Below, one piece after another: positions 13,709 through 27,250 of a stretch of 64,000 nucleotides of DNA. A program made the translations under genes and the position numbers. The stretch is from Callorhinchus milii (taxonomy: Eukaryota). How positions within the stretch are numbered: the stretch's first letter is position 1; every line of letters starts with the position of its first letter. The stretch spans positions 31,126,001 through 31,190,000 of the forward strand of contig NW_024704743.1 in NCBI RefSeq assembly GCF_018977255.1, in the 5' to 3' direction. The notes below the pieces were generated by a model. It was not told where the DNA came from. It did no database searches and saw only the letters and a program-made list of their open reading frames with translations.

Positions 13709-15190
13709 GCATTTGCTTTATTGGCTACTTTCTGTACCTGCAAGTTAAATCTGCAAATCTCCTAAAGTAAGATTGCAAAGCCTCTCCCAGCCCCCAAATA
13801 AGAAAAAAATCCATATTACGATCTAGTCTTGAATCCTACATTGTGCACCCTTCTTCAGAACCTTAGCTCAGAATTCCCCAGGGAACGATTGGCTGATCAT
13901 AGCGAACATATTAGAATAATCTTTATTTTAGAGAAAATCCTAATTTTTGAAAGGAACTCACTCAGTGACTCAAATGGCTATTTTTATCCTGGGGGCTTGC
14001 AAATGTAAGCCACACAACCTTGTCTAGTCTGCTGATAAAATGGATATTAATAGGCTGGTTCCACTTGGTGAGGCAAAAACAAGGGGGCATAAATAACAAC
14101 AAAATTACATTTGTATAGCACCTTTCATGTCAGGAGGACGTCCCAAATAAATACAAGATAGCCAGATCTAAAAGTTAGTTTGGGAGAAACATCTTTAAGC
14201 AGAGGGTGGTACGAATGTGGAACTCACTGAGGTCGAAGAAGAAGGCATCAATTTAGTTTACAATTATATTTTTTTGCTCAAAGCAAAGAAAGCCATCTTT
14301 TGTGTATTAAATCCTGTTCTGGTTGGACAACTCGTTCCACTATTACCAGATCAGCAACTGATGCTTTCGGATACAGTTTAAAGTTCAACAATGTACCCAA
14401 ACCTCTGGTCTCGGATGAAAACCTCCTTTGAACCAGCCATCCCTGTGATTTCACTGAAGTAACATTCATAACTGTGCTCCAGCCAAACATCACAGCCCAT
14501 AGATGGGCATGGCACATATAAAATCAGGGCAAGTGACTAAAAACAGGGGCACCAATTTTGCACTGTGAGCACCATCTGTAGCCAATCTTGCACTCAAATT
14601 TGTTGCATATTTTTGTGAAATATAGTCAGTCAGTCTTCCATCTCTTCAACCTAAAGCTCCTCAAGAGATCAGGTTTTTCTACCTGCTGATTTTAAAATGT
14701 ACTGTTAGTGTTGGTATTGGTGTGGCTCAGGCCTAACACCAACATTCCAGTATGAAATGGGCAACTGCACAATTGACATTGTTAGTGAGGCCAACTTGCC
14801 CCATGCGGATTATCATTGGCTACAGTAAAGCAAATGGCACAAACCCTATCAAAATGGAAATAATGAACCTAAATCAAACACGGGTGCCCACTGTACTACA
14901 CTGACATTAGTTGTGGAGGAAAAGAGCTGATCAGTTTTATTCTTTGTATGTTGCATTTTACTCACCAATTTTCTCCCTTTCCACTTTTTTTCTTTGACAG
15001 TTCCATGAAAGTGCTCACACTCATTTACCTTGCCAGAGAAGATATTATGCATGATTGAGTTTTGGAAGTATGGATTGGCAGGCCACGCCCATGGAGGCAA
15101 AAGGGGGTAAAGGAGGGACTTGTCAAATTGTGTATCTCAGCTATTCCCTGGATAAACTTATTGCACTATTGTGATAGTTTATAGTCGAGT

Positions 15191-15473
15191 GAACTCCTGT
15201 AGCTCAGTGGTTAGAGCATTCGCCTCGCAAGCGAGAGAATTCCCGGCAGGGTGAAACCTTGGGCAAGTTTCCTTACTCCACATGCCTGATAATAATCCTT
15301 CAAGAAAAAAATAAATAAAATTGGTCACTTCAATCTGCCGCGTTTCGCTCACTAATATACAGTAAATTCACCTTACAGTATATTCTGTGAAGCGCTTTGA
15401 CAGTGAAGAAGTCTAGAAGTCTAGAAGACCTGAAAAGCGCTATATCAAATGCAAGGATTATTATTATTATTAT
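15191..15473 (+). mobile_element. tRNA-headed Deu-domain SINE, short form
   Basis: A box tagctcagtggttagagc; head resembles tRNA-Ala(CGC) (gcctcgcaagc); (tat)n tail; has the ctccacaYgcctgataataatcc junction shared with 43368. Confidence 0.9.
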
Positions 15474-15829
15474 CAGGTTTCCAATCTCACTGATATCAGA
15501 TGGCTAGTGAGCAATGTTGCTCAAGTGTTTAAGAGTACATGTGTGGAGCTCAGCCATTCCAACTTCAGAACGTCGTGAGCTGGCAATGTAAACACCACTC
15601 CTAGTTTGCACCACAGTTACGATTAGTACCAATGTTCCAGAACCAAGAATGATACCCAGATTCACTATTTCCTCAATTGATCTATTCCCCCATCTCCAAA
15701 TAATATATATAGGTTAAATAAATTGAGCAGAATTAATCTGAAATATAAAAGGTGACTTGTGCACAAGTTAAGATTAGTATGTTCCCATTTTGCTTGTGAG
15801 CACACTGTCAAAGTGCATGGGCAAGCCAC

Positions 15830-16135
15830 ATGATTTTGAGCTCGTAATCTAGGCTAACGCTCCAATGCCGACAGGAGATGTCGACAATGTTAAACCAAGA
15901 TCCAGTCTGCCTGTTCAGGTTGATGTGCACTTTTCAAAGAGAGACGGGAGTTTCTTCCGATGTTCTGGCCAATAATCCCCCTGAGAAAAGTAAATCGGCC
16001 ATTCACTTCATTTTTGTTTTTGAGACATTAGTGTGTGCAAATTGGCTGCCATGTTCATCTACAAATACACTTTACACAAAATCTTTTGAAGCACTTTGAG
16101 ACATTTTGACATGATATGGCACTATATTAAAGACA
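15830..16135 (+). mobile_element. Older Deu-domain SINE fragment
   Basis: atctaggctaac...ttaaaccaagatcc...gtgtgcaaattggctgcc...ggcactatatt. Confidence 0.65.
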
Positions 16136-18914
16136 ACGATTTTTTATACTTTATTCTTATACTTTGGTTTATGTATTCTGCTTGGTGCAATTTTATTTTG
16201 CTAGTCATTCATGTCATTTAAATATCGAGTGATATTTCTTTTATTTTTCAGAGTAAAGTAACTAAATAAATTGATAAATAAAATATCCTCTATTGAGGTC
16301 TCATTTCTATCCTGCTAGGGAGCATTCCCTAGAGCATATTTGCACTGTAGTTACAGCCAATAACTACAAGATAACTATAGCTATATGATTCAAGATATGC
16401 ACTGAGAGTTGTTTTCCTCTAAAACAATAAGTTATATTAAGTTCCAATAATAAATTAAGATGTCTGGTCAATATTGCTGCGTGCAAGGATTACAATATAT
16501 TACGAGGTACACAATTAAAACAACTTGCTGTTTAAATTTGTTCCCATAATGTTGGTGCCAAAAGAGTCAGCCTGCCCCATTCCCACACAATGAAGCATTT
16601 ATTCTGTATTTCTTACAAAAACAAAATGAAATTACTTTACTTCATTATTGGATTGACCATAAAAAACCATTCACTACTTAGATTACAGAAAGATCTGGAT
16701 TTATTTTCTTGCAATGTCAAATCAGAAGCAAGGAGTACATGTTTTGAGACAGGAATCAGAAAGAAGGCAGCAAACATACATTTTGTAGTGCAGTCTACAG
16801 CAGCATTACAGGAACAACAATTTGCATTTATAAAGTGCCCTTCACGTGAGAAGCATCTTGCTTAACAATGGTATGTATAGTTTATCAGCGAGACGGAAAG
16901 GAAGGGGAGGTGACCGAAGGCACAGTAGAAGAGGGAAGCCTTCAGGTATGATTTGAAGACAGGCAAAGAGGGGGCGAGACTAAATAATATATGATAATAA
17001 TCCTTGCATTTGATATAGCGCCTTATCAAGACTTCGAGACATCACAAAGTGCTTCACAGAATATACTGTACAGTGAAGTAACTGTATATTTTGTGGGCAA
17101 AACACGGCAGATTGAAGTGACCAATTTTATTATTTTTTTCAATCTTCAAGTTAGTTCTTATGATCTAAAATTATATCCATAGCCATGTTCATTCTAAGTA
17201 GGAGGAAAGCAGTTCATTTTCTTATCATCTTATCAACACATTTTAGCATTCAAAACATCTCAAAACACTTCACATGTATTTACTATCAAGTGTAGTGACT
17301 ATTTCCTAAAGGCAAAAGCTGAAACTATTTGCACATAAGGTCCCACAAATAGCCATGAATGATCAATTGAATCGGAAATTTGTTGATTACAGTATATCCT
17401 GTGAAGCGCTTTGAGATGTCTCAACAATGTGATAAGGTGTTATACCAAATGCAAGGATTATTATTTATTCATCAGAAGACTGGGAGAATCTCCCTTTTCT
17501 TGAATTTCATCATGGCATTGTTAACATCCACCTGAAAAAGTCAGGTGGGTACCCGTTTATAATCAAATAAAAAAACACTTGCATTTGATGTAACCTGCAG
17601 AACTATACACTAAAAGGGGAACTTTAATGGGCTCAGAATGACAAGTTTATATTCTAGAGGATTCCCATCTAGATTAGAGGGGGGAGGTTTTTTTTTGTAA
17701 TTACTTAGTTACTTCCCCCCGCCTCCATTTGTTGGATCGTTGAGTGAGACACGCCAAGGGTGGAAAAAGAGAAATTGTCTCAGAAGATTGATGGAAAAAA
17801 AACAAGGGATAGGATTATGTTGAATGGTCTTGCTCAAGTCTTTTACTCAAGTCCATGTGAATGAAGGTGTATTTCACAAAGTTGACATAAACTAATTACC
17901 ACAGAATCATCTGGGAACAGGATAAACTAATATTTTCCTGTAACAAGAAAGAAACAAGCAAGAAACAAGCATCACTATAAATAGCAGAACAGATCTAAAT
18001 TAAGTTACTGGCAAAATTTATATCATTAAACGGTACACTTGTTCGTGTGTTTTACAGTGAGTTGTACGATTCTTTTAAAAAACCTACTTTTTTTTAAAAA
18101 AGCATCCAACTCAAAGTAAAACCACAATTATTGACAAGTGTACGCTGAAAGGGATATAAACTGTACTAACATCTGATGGGAGACCTCAGGAATAAGAACT
18201 CCATTATTGATTTGACTGTGCTTTGATACAAGGTCATGTTCCTCAGAGGTAGTTGCATTATTGATGTTGCCATCACAGAGGGGGTTAATCCCAAAGCTCG
18301 ACGATCTATCCTTAAAGTTTGACAGAAAGTAACAAAAACATTTAGAAATACTTCTGACAAGGCAACAGGAATTAATTAACAGCAAATTAATTTTGCTTTT
18401 CAAGGCAAACAATCAATAATTCAACAAACAATGCAGAATTTCATTACATACTTTGTAAGAAAAAGTTTTTTATAAAAAAGTAAAACATGGTGGGCTAAGT
18501 TTAATGAAGTTCAAAGTAGATGTCATGGTGCAGGATTGAGTCTGCTTCCTGTATATCAGCGGCATGAAATAATTAACACATGTCTGTGCAAACAAAAGAG
18601 AGCTCAGTTCCTGTACTCAGGAAAGACCAAACCTGAAATGCTCCATTCACTCAGAGATCTTGCTGAAAGAGAATATGGGAAGGGATGGGTGGAGGGAGGA
18701 GGAGGAAGCGATCACGAGTAAGAATTGGGTGTGAACTATTGGTGCCAATTAAGGTTACACAATGTAGTCAAGCAACCTTCTGCCAGGGACTTTCAACAAA
18801 GAAAACAATGACACTTATTGCTTAGAAAAAGGACAATTCAGGCTCTCACAGTCCAGGCTAAATGTTTATCACCTTGCTCTTACTTTCTATAGATCATGGA
18901 CGTGCTCTATTCCA

Positions 18915-20110
18915 GTGTTGTAGACATGGGGTCGGCACATATGGGGATTACACCCAACTCCATCTCTCTGCCTTCACCCTTGACTCCAGGACCACTGCTT
19001 TCCTGACAGAATCTCTCAGACATCAAGTCTTGTTTGAGAGCTAATTTCCTTCAGTTGAACGTCAACAAGACTGAGGCCCTCCTGATTGGCTCCTGTCAGC
19101 GCCTCCAAGCCTCAGGCACTGACAGTATCACCATCCAGGGATGCACACTCCACCTCACGGAGCCAGTCCGGAACCTTAGCATCTTGTTTGACCCTTTCTA
19201 CCCCACATCCGTAATAATAATAATAATAATAATCCTTGCATTTGATATAGCGCTTTTCAAGTCTTCTAGATGTCCCAAAGTGCTTCACAGAATATACTGT
19301 AAAGTGAATTGACTGTATATTTGTGGGTGAACGCGGCAGCCAATTGCGCACAGCAGTGTCCCACAAACAGTCGTGGATTGAAAATGACCAATTTATTATT
19401 GTTTTTTTTTTTTTGGAGGGATTATTATCCGTACCATCCGTACGTACATCTGTACCATGACTGCCTTCCCCCATCTCCGCAATATCGCCCAGTTCTGCCA
19501 TTGTCTCACACCACATGCCCCTGAGACCTTTATACACGTGTTCATAACATCCAGGCTTGACTATGCAAACTACCTGCTTCTTGGTCTCCCCAACTCCTCT
19601 TTCCATAGGCTGCAGCTCATCCAGACTCTGGAGCCTGTGTCCTCCAGGCTTCGTGACCCTATCACCCCCATCCTTGCCCATCTCCATGGGCTTCCTATCA
19701 CATAGAGGACACAGTTCAAGATCCTGGTCCTCACCTTCAAAGCCCTCCATAGCCTTGCTCCCATTGCCTCTGCGGCCTCCTAACCCTCTATCAACCTGCC
19801 CGCTCCCTCTGCTCAGCGGGCTCCAGCCTGCTTCACGTCCCCCGCCTCGCTCGCCTCACCATTAGCAGGCGGGCCTTCAGCCACTCTGCCCCCGCCCTCT
19901 GGAACTCCAACCCGCAGTTCCTCCATCTCGCCACCCCCACTCCCTTGCCTCCTTCAAGACCCATCTCAACATCCTCCTCTTCACCCTCCTTGCGCCCCTG
20001 CCCCCCACCCTCCCCAATCCCAACCCACAGCTCGGGTCTGAAACACTGATTGTCCAGCGCCTTGGGACGTCTTCCCAATGTGAAAGGCGCTACATAAATG
20101 TAATTTTGTT
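18915..20110 (+). mobile_element. 5'-truncated L2 LINE (~1 kb), frameshifted, with a nested SINE
   Basis: Peptides NFLQLNVNKTEALLIG and HVFITSRLDYANYLLLGLP; 3' tail gaaaggcgctacataaatgtaattttgttg; homologous to 35584-36606. Confidence 0.92.
19212..19428 (-). mobile_element. 5'-truncated Deu-domain SINE nested in L2
   Basis: (aat)n ccttgcatttgatatagcg...gcggcagccaattgcgcacagc, interrupting the L2 reading frame. Confidence 0.9.
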
Positions 20111-20272
20111 GGTGTACAAAACAATATGCTCCACCATTGATAGGCTGGCTCACTCAACCCAAGCCACAACAAGGTGCACACCATTTCCTTGTGCTGACAA
20201 AACAATGTATCTGTTTTGTTGCTAGCCAGGTCAAAGGCGATCTTAAAAACATCAGTGGCTCCTTTCCCTTAC

Positions 20273-20439
20273 CTCCAGATGTTCCAAGATATACGGAGGA
20301 TTGGTCATCCCAAGCCGCAACATCGCTCCCTCAGGAATCACCTCCAACAGTTTCCACAGCAATGTTGGCAGGTCTGTCCCTAGGTCCCTTCCATAGGCTC
20401 CTGTATCTTCACTGGTCAGCCATATTTCACAAACGCCCT
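20273..20439 (-). CDS. CDKAL1: Internal coding exon of CDKAL1 (threonylcarbamoyladenosine tRNA methylthiotransferase, radical SAM domain); 167 bp, begins phase 1, ends phase 0
   Basis: Minus-strand translation (E)[55 protein letters not shown] is nearly identical to vertebrate CDKAL1 as I recall it; acceptor ttttttctctctaaatag and donor GAG|gtaagg are canonical. Confidence 0.97.
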
Positions 20440-21724
20440 CTATTTAGAGAGAAAAAATGTTTTAAAATATGTATATTTTCAATACTATCCTGTCCATTTC
20501 TGTTGAACTACAAAACAAGATAATCCCCAGCTCTTGTTGGCAAAGTATGCACTTTTAATGTGCCTACTCATTTCATTGAACATCTATCACCATGGGAAAG
20601 AACCCGCCAAGATACATCATCAGTTGAGTGTGGCCTTGGCAGTACCACCAGACATCATAGGACAAAAGAAGCTAAAAATAAAAGCTCGAAGTGAAGGGGA
20701 GCATCAGAGTGCATTTTGTTCTTCAGTAACATACACAATAATTTTCAAAACAAAGAATTTTACAGTCAGATTGTTTTTAACTTTAATTTCACAGAAAATC
20801 TAAATTCTAAGATTAATTTCAATGAATTGGGGAAGCAACTTGGAAGTACGGCCTGAGATAAACATATTTGTGCAATTAAACAGAGACTCAATTTCACACT
20901 TGCATTTACTCAGCCTAGTTCTAGCCTCTTCACTCACAAAATGAACTTCTATTATTGAATGAAACTATTGGTTGGTCTTAACGTAAGCCTTATTCAAAAT
21001 AGATTGAAAAAAATAAAAATATTCCCCCACAAGTTTTTGTTCTCACATACTCTTCACATGGGTTTCAATGGAACTGTCTTCAATAACAAAACTATGCCAC
21101 GGATGATATCCATTAAGGTTTACTGTTCTCTAGGTCATAGTTGGACCAAACAGCCGTATCTTTTTTGACAAACACGTGCATTATATTTCCATCCAAACAT
21201 TGAACCATTTTCACCTTGCTGGAGGGGAAGCTGATCCCTGGTGGAAAATTACCTTTATGGTGAAGTATTGTGCGGGGGGGGGAAGACTAAGAATAGGGAT
21301 GGAAATTGCATTCCTGTGGAACACAGCTAGGTGGGGACTGCTAGCCCCCCGTTGAGTTGAGGCTTCAAATTAAATCAGATGAAGAGGAAACAGCTGGAAC
21401 TGTAAATCACCTGACAACGGGCAAGAACTCCTCAACTTTGTCCAATAATTAATGAGCTGGCATAACAATTAGAGCAAATAGCACTAAGTTTCAGTAAACA
21501 AAACGCGACGATTAAGGAAGTACTTCACCAGAGCACACACAAAAAATATTATCATAAGTTTCAGTCACGAGTCTGTCCTCTCCCCTCCCAGGGCTAACTG
21601 CGACACCTCTGTATATTCTGCTAAATGATTTGAACTGTTTCCAGACTAATTATAAAAACGCTGGCATACCTATTTTTCCCTTTATAAAACATAGCGCATT
21701 AATATCACGGTTGGAAAAGTTACA

Positions 21725-21902
21725 TAATAATAATAATAATAATCCTTGCATTTGATATAGCGCTTTTCACGCCGGGAGGACGTCCCAAGGCGCTTCACAG
21801 AACACACTGTAAAGTGAATTGACTGTATATTTGTGGACGAACGCGGCAGCCAATTGCGCACAGCAATGTCCCACAAACAGTCGTAGACTGAAAATGACCA
21901 AT
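21725..21902 (-). mobile_element. Deu-domain SINE 3' half
   Basis: Closely similar to 19212-19400; (aat)n tail. Confidence 0.9.
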
Positions 21903-24900
21903 ACATTGGAAGTAAAATCAAATGCAGACAGAAACTATCAGTGGAATAACAGCCCGAATATGGGAACAGAGTTACATCATTTCTACCTCTATTGAAACAA
22001 GAAAAGCATTCCGAAGAATCAAACAGCACCAACGACTTGCATTTATATAATGCCCTTCACACAGGTTAGCGTTTCAGAGCACTGAATTGCTTGGCACCGA
22101 GCCAGGGTAGAGTCAGTACACTTTACAGCGTATCCTGTAAAGAGTTTTGAGACACACTCCCAATGTGAAAGGCACTATATTCACTGCTAGGATTATTATT
22201 ATCACTGTTCAGGATTCATTTCGAGACACCGTCCAGGGCAAAGGACACTATATAAATGTAAGTTGTTGTTGTTCATTTCATTCTTTTTTGTTTTACTTCT
22301 GTTGTGTAAAACCAGCATGCTTGTGTTTAACAAGTCACTTCTGGTAATCTTATAGGGGAGTGAGCTGGCAGTAAGTCCTGAGCTCAATAATGAAAGAGGG
22401 CAGCACACCAGAAGAGATGTAATTATTCAACCAGGATGCTTCAGCAATCCTATCATTTCATCTGAATACATTTATTGAGTTCTTTCGCATCGCTAGAATC
22501 AATAACTCTGTCAGCCAATGCCGCAAAAGCTCTTAACAGACCTGAAAGTAAACGCTGATAATTTCTCAGTAAAACAATGATGAGAAGACCAGGGAGTGCA
22601 TGCAAAGCAATGAAACATTAAACCCAGTCACAAGTAAATCAGAATTACTCTACTCTGATGACACTTATGTCATTTCAGGAAATGGAAATCACAGAACTAA
22701 ATGCATGAGCTTCGCAACACGCCAAAGTCACTATCAGAACACATGAAAGGAAAATACACAGGAAGGGTAGGATGTGCATAACATCCCACAAGAAGTTTCT
22801 ACACCTTGAAACATCACAAAATGTCTGACACTATGTCAAACTTCGGAAGAGGATAAATGAACACACTTCAGATTCAACGACTTTACACAGAGTGGTAAAT
22901 GTGTGGAATAGATTAGCCAGGGAGGGAGTAGTAAAGTTAGGTCAGCAAAGAGAATTGGCTGGTTATTTGAAGAAAAAAATCTATTGAAGGGCACGAGCGA
23001 TAGAGTAACATAGGATTTTATTTTAGTTTGGGACCTTCCAGATGGCCCCTAATGATCTTTTCCAGTACATCCCTATCCACTATTTGTGCTGGCAAAAGAA
23101 TGAAAACAACTCGCAAGTTCCAGAAGCAATGTCTGTTTTCAAATTATCAGACAAAAGTTCAAATCAATTGCTAATGAATATACTACAGCACTTGTTAAAA
23201 TCACGCAAGCACATCTCCTTTTCTAAAATTCTCGTTTGACTTTTTTCTAGAAGCCACCAGTTTAGAAGCACCATGTAGCAGTAAAGGCACAATGGTGATT
23301 CAGAACTTGGTTGACTCATAACTTGGTTGTCATACAATGAGAAGATCGAGAGACTCATATTATTCCAAATTTTAGCAATTCTTGAATATTGCTTGGAACA
23401 CACACCGAATACAACTAGCGTTCAGTGTTCGGAGAAGCACACGTTTAACACTATCCATTAACATCCACGGCTACACTTAATGAACCTTCCATTTCAACAC
23501 CAGGACTGAAGTGATTCATCATCCTGCCAATGCGTTAGTTAGGTGCTGGTTCAAACACAAACTTAACCTCTCCAACCTATTACGTTCCCTATTGACAGCA
23601 CACGTCAAAGATGTTGAGCTCTATTTCCATAAAGCTGGGTATTTCAGTCTGATTCTATGATCCCACCTCCCAGCTGACCTTTCCGCAAAGTTACTAACCC
23701 CAGCCAGCAAGCTCTGAGAACTACATGATTGTGATCAACTACTGCTTGGATTGGTCAAAGAAAAGAATAAAACATTAATCAAGATGACATAGCCTTTCTT
23801 TCAACAAAGGAATACAAGAACAGAGAGCAGAATGTGACCTATCAGAGTGCTGACCCTGAGACATGAGGAAACAAACAGCTTTTACTCTGCACAAACTACA
23901 ACTACTGAATTTGCTGAGATATTGATATTGACTGATGATAAATGATGTTGTAAAATTTGAGGGAAAAAAAGTCGGCGTTGAACAAAACATATGGGTGCCT
24001 CAGATGGTCAAACATTGATTCTTTCCTGTCACGCAGACTTCCCAATGTGAAATGGCGCAGTATCTGCTGCACTGTTATCTCTGCAAGATGACAGAGTTGA
24101 GATTCTGGCCTAGACCCACATTCTCCCCCTTGTACTATATCAATAAGCTGTGACCTCCCTGCATTGGCCTCCCCAGCAGTACATTTTCTCTGTGGCCTTC
24201 GGAGCTGAGGCCACAGAAACTCCTTCCCCTCGGAAGGCTTCACAACCATCTGCCGAGGGAATGTCTAAGTGAAATGTTACTCCAAAGCAATTTCAACCTC
24301 AAGGACGATTGATCAAATAACTACCATCCTCACGAGCAGCACTTACAATGCATTTCTTACTCTGCAATTTAGCTTAAGAGGAGGATATTCTTCAAAGCTG
24401 ACTACTTCCACTTTTTTACACTCATGAGCATGCACATTAGAGCCTTTTCTTCCCCCAAAGGTCTATTTAATGTATATACATGCTTCTCTCCTTTTCAATC
24501 ATTAATACAGCAAACTGGACACTAAATTCATTCCCCATTAGCTATTATCTAGATCAAATTACTTCTCAATTCCTCCCCCAAAATAGAAACATCTATTTAC
24601 TGCAATGGAATAGAAATGTTTAGGAAAAATATGCTTTGTGCATGGGAGGAGAAGGAAGAGAAACCATAAAGGTGAAGACATGTTTTTGTTGAAAAATTAT
24701 TCAGAAGCTTAAAGGAAAAGCTGTGCATCTTGAGAATGAAAGCCATTGTTTCTACGTCTCACAGCACGATGCTTTTAGTGTATATCCGTTAAGACCCTTC
24801 CTCCAAAGCAGAATACAACCAAAAGATATGGGTGGGGAGGATAACACAGAAATCAGCCATACAGGCCGACTCAGTGCCAACTCTGCAGCTTCTTGCACTC

Positions 24901-26769
24901 AGCTTTCAAAGAGAATTAATGGGATCGTACATCATCATGATGAATTGAAGGGATTGCTGAGCTCCATGACCAGTTAGAGGAAACAGAGGTGGGCGGCGGA
25001 GAAGAAGAGAAGAAAACACAGTTACACTGAGGTGAAAGAAATAGCAGTGTGGGTTGCAATGTTGTTTAATTAAATTGAGTCAAATCTCAGCACGCCTTTG
25101 AGAAATAATCCAAACCCTATCCAGTTCTTAATCACCAAGCTTCACTTCGCATCAGTCTTTGCAGTTCGCTTTTTATTTTAATGGGGCCGTACATCTGTCA
25201 AAAGAGCCACATCCCAACCCAATTAAGGCCATAAGTAAAGCTGAATAATACATCTCAGCTATTGCTGTAGAGAAAACACTCAAAATGCACAAGGAAAAGT
25301 CGCTTTCAGCTGTTCTACAGCTTTGCACTTTTTGGGGGATTCTCAGATAAACAGCTAAAAGAGACTTGAACAGGGGGTACAACAATGCCCTATGGATCAG
25401 ATTTTGTCCCTCCTATATTCCTCTTCAGCTTTTTTTTTGTCCACTCGTAACTATAGTGACGACAAACAATTGTTCTTAGATTACTTAAAAAGCTCTCAGG
25501 AATAAAGGACAATCAGAATCACAGTGATGTTCGGTGACGGACGCATCATTAGTATTAACCTGATGTAAAATGAACTAACCTAAACATACGTCAATCTTTC
25601 TAAAAACTAATTGTACAGTAAGGAATCAGTCCAAATTAAAGGCTTTCTCAAAACTTGCCCTGCAATCCAACATCAAGCTCTTAATGTGAGACAATACAAT
25701 AAGAAAATCAATACCGAGAGATTGAGTATATTGATAATAGATTTGTAAAGTACAAAAAGCTACTTTATGCAAAATCAATTAATCTTCTAGACTGCTTCTC
25801 TAATTGCCCCATTCACCAGGCAAAGGTTATCCGACTGCTGTCAACACACAGGGTTTTTAAACTCATGCACAGGAACAACAATGCTGTTGGATTTTTACAT
25901 AAAATAAGATTGTTCATAACATTAATAAACTCACATTGTTTATTACGCTATAGTCACCACCGCTTAATGGTTCACCTACTTCTACTATATCAATAATGTT
26001 TGAGTCACGGATAGGGCTGAAGTCAAGGAGAGTCCTACCCTACCTGACAAGTCATTCTCCTTCTTCGTTGATCTGGAGCAAAACATTTTTTCCTTCACTG
26101 AGCATATCTAACCAGAGAATTTCATACCATGGTTTACCCTGCGATGCTGGTTAGCAGTCTATTTCTGCAAGATCAAAATAATGTAGAGGTAGACCAGACA
26201 ATTTACATCCGCTCTAAATGGCTAACTCACCAAAAATAAATAGCTGGAGGTTGTTGTAATGGCCCTGGCATCTACCTGACATTAATGAAACATTTTTTAG
26301 GGCAAAAGGTACTATTGTACTACTAATAGATACTATTACCCAACATCATTTTCATTCATCCACCCATAGCCACAGAATCATTTATAATAGTCTTGTCTAT
26401 TTGAGCATTCTGAAACTGGAAGCTTATTATTTAGTGATCCACATATTTTCGTGATCCACATATTATTTTTGCTTGAACCTGGTCATACTCTGAAGAACAA
26501 GTTAATACGTGCTTCTCAAACATACCCATTCAGTACAAAGCAGCCAATTAAAGATTAAAAACTCTCCCTCACACAAAAAAACAAAATCTCCACTTCCTCC
26601 ATTATATTTTTGAATGTACAACTTATTTTGAATATGGTCCCGTCACCAAAAGTCAGTACCTCTCTCAAGTCCCATTCTGCATATGTGAGCATAAACCGCA
26701 AGCATCAGTGAGTTATTCTCTAATGAGGAGCATCATGCATAAATACATATCCAGGTGGACACTGATAGT

Positions 26770-27250
26770 AACAACAAATTACATTTGTGTAGCACCTTTC
26801 ACATTGGGAGGACGTCCCAAAGCACTGAACAGACAAGGATTTGGACCCAAGCAGGGGGTTGGGATCAGGAGGTGTGGAGGACAGGGAAGATATGGGTAGG
26901 AGGGTGACCAAAGTCATGGTCAAAGAGGAGGGTCTAGAAGCATGCCTTGAAGGAGGCAAGGGAGGGAGCGAGGTGAAAGGATTTTGGAATGGAGTTCAAA
27001 AGGGTGGGGGCCGAGAAGCTTGAAGCCCAACTGCCGATGGTAGAGCATGCTGGACTGGAGACACTGAGCAGGCTGTGCGGAGGAAGCAAACAGGTTTTAT
27101 ACAGTTAGCAGGTCACAGAAGTAATGATAATAATCCTTGCATTTGATTATTGCATGCCTGATACCAGTTTGTCAACCTAGGGTATCCCGCAAGGTAGGGA
27201 GGAGCGAGGCAATGGGGAGACTTTGAAGGCAAAGGACTGAGAATTCAGGC
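26770..27250 (-). mobile_element. L2 3' fragment (rearranged)
   Basis: acaacaaattacatttg...ggaggacgtcccaaagc...ttgaaggaggcaagggaggg, as in 35584-35950. Confidence 0.8.

Noticed and set aside
15191..15260. tRNA-Ala-like sequences (also at 34105, 43368, 49375)
   Set aside because: Each continues directly into the SINE body and tail, so they are SINE heads rather than tRNA genes
19112..19750. 212-aa minus-strand ORF
   Set aside because: It is an antisense read-through of an L2 plus nested SINE
20137..20523. 128-aa plus-strand ORF
   Set aside because: It is the antisense shadow of the CDKAL1 exon and has no recognisable product
26434..26464. Short tandem duplications (gtgatccacatatt x2; also acaccattaggt x2 at ~28301)
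   Set aside because: Ordinary slippage duplications with only two units; not an array
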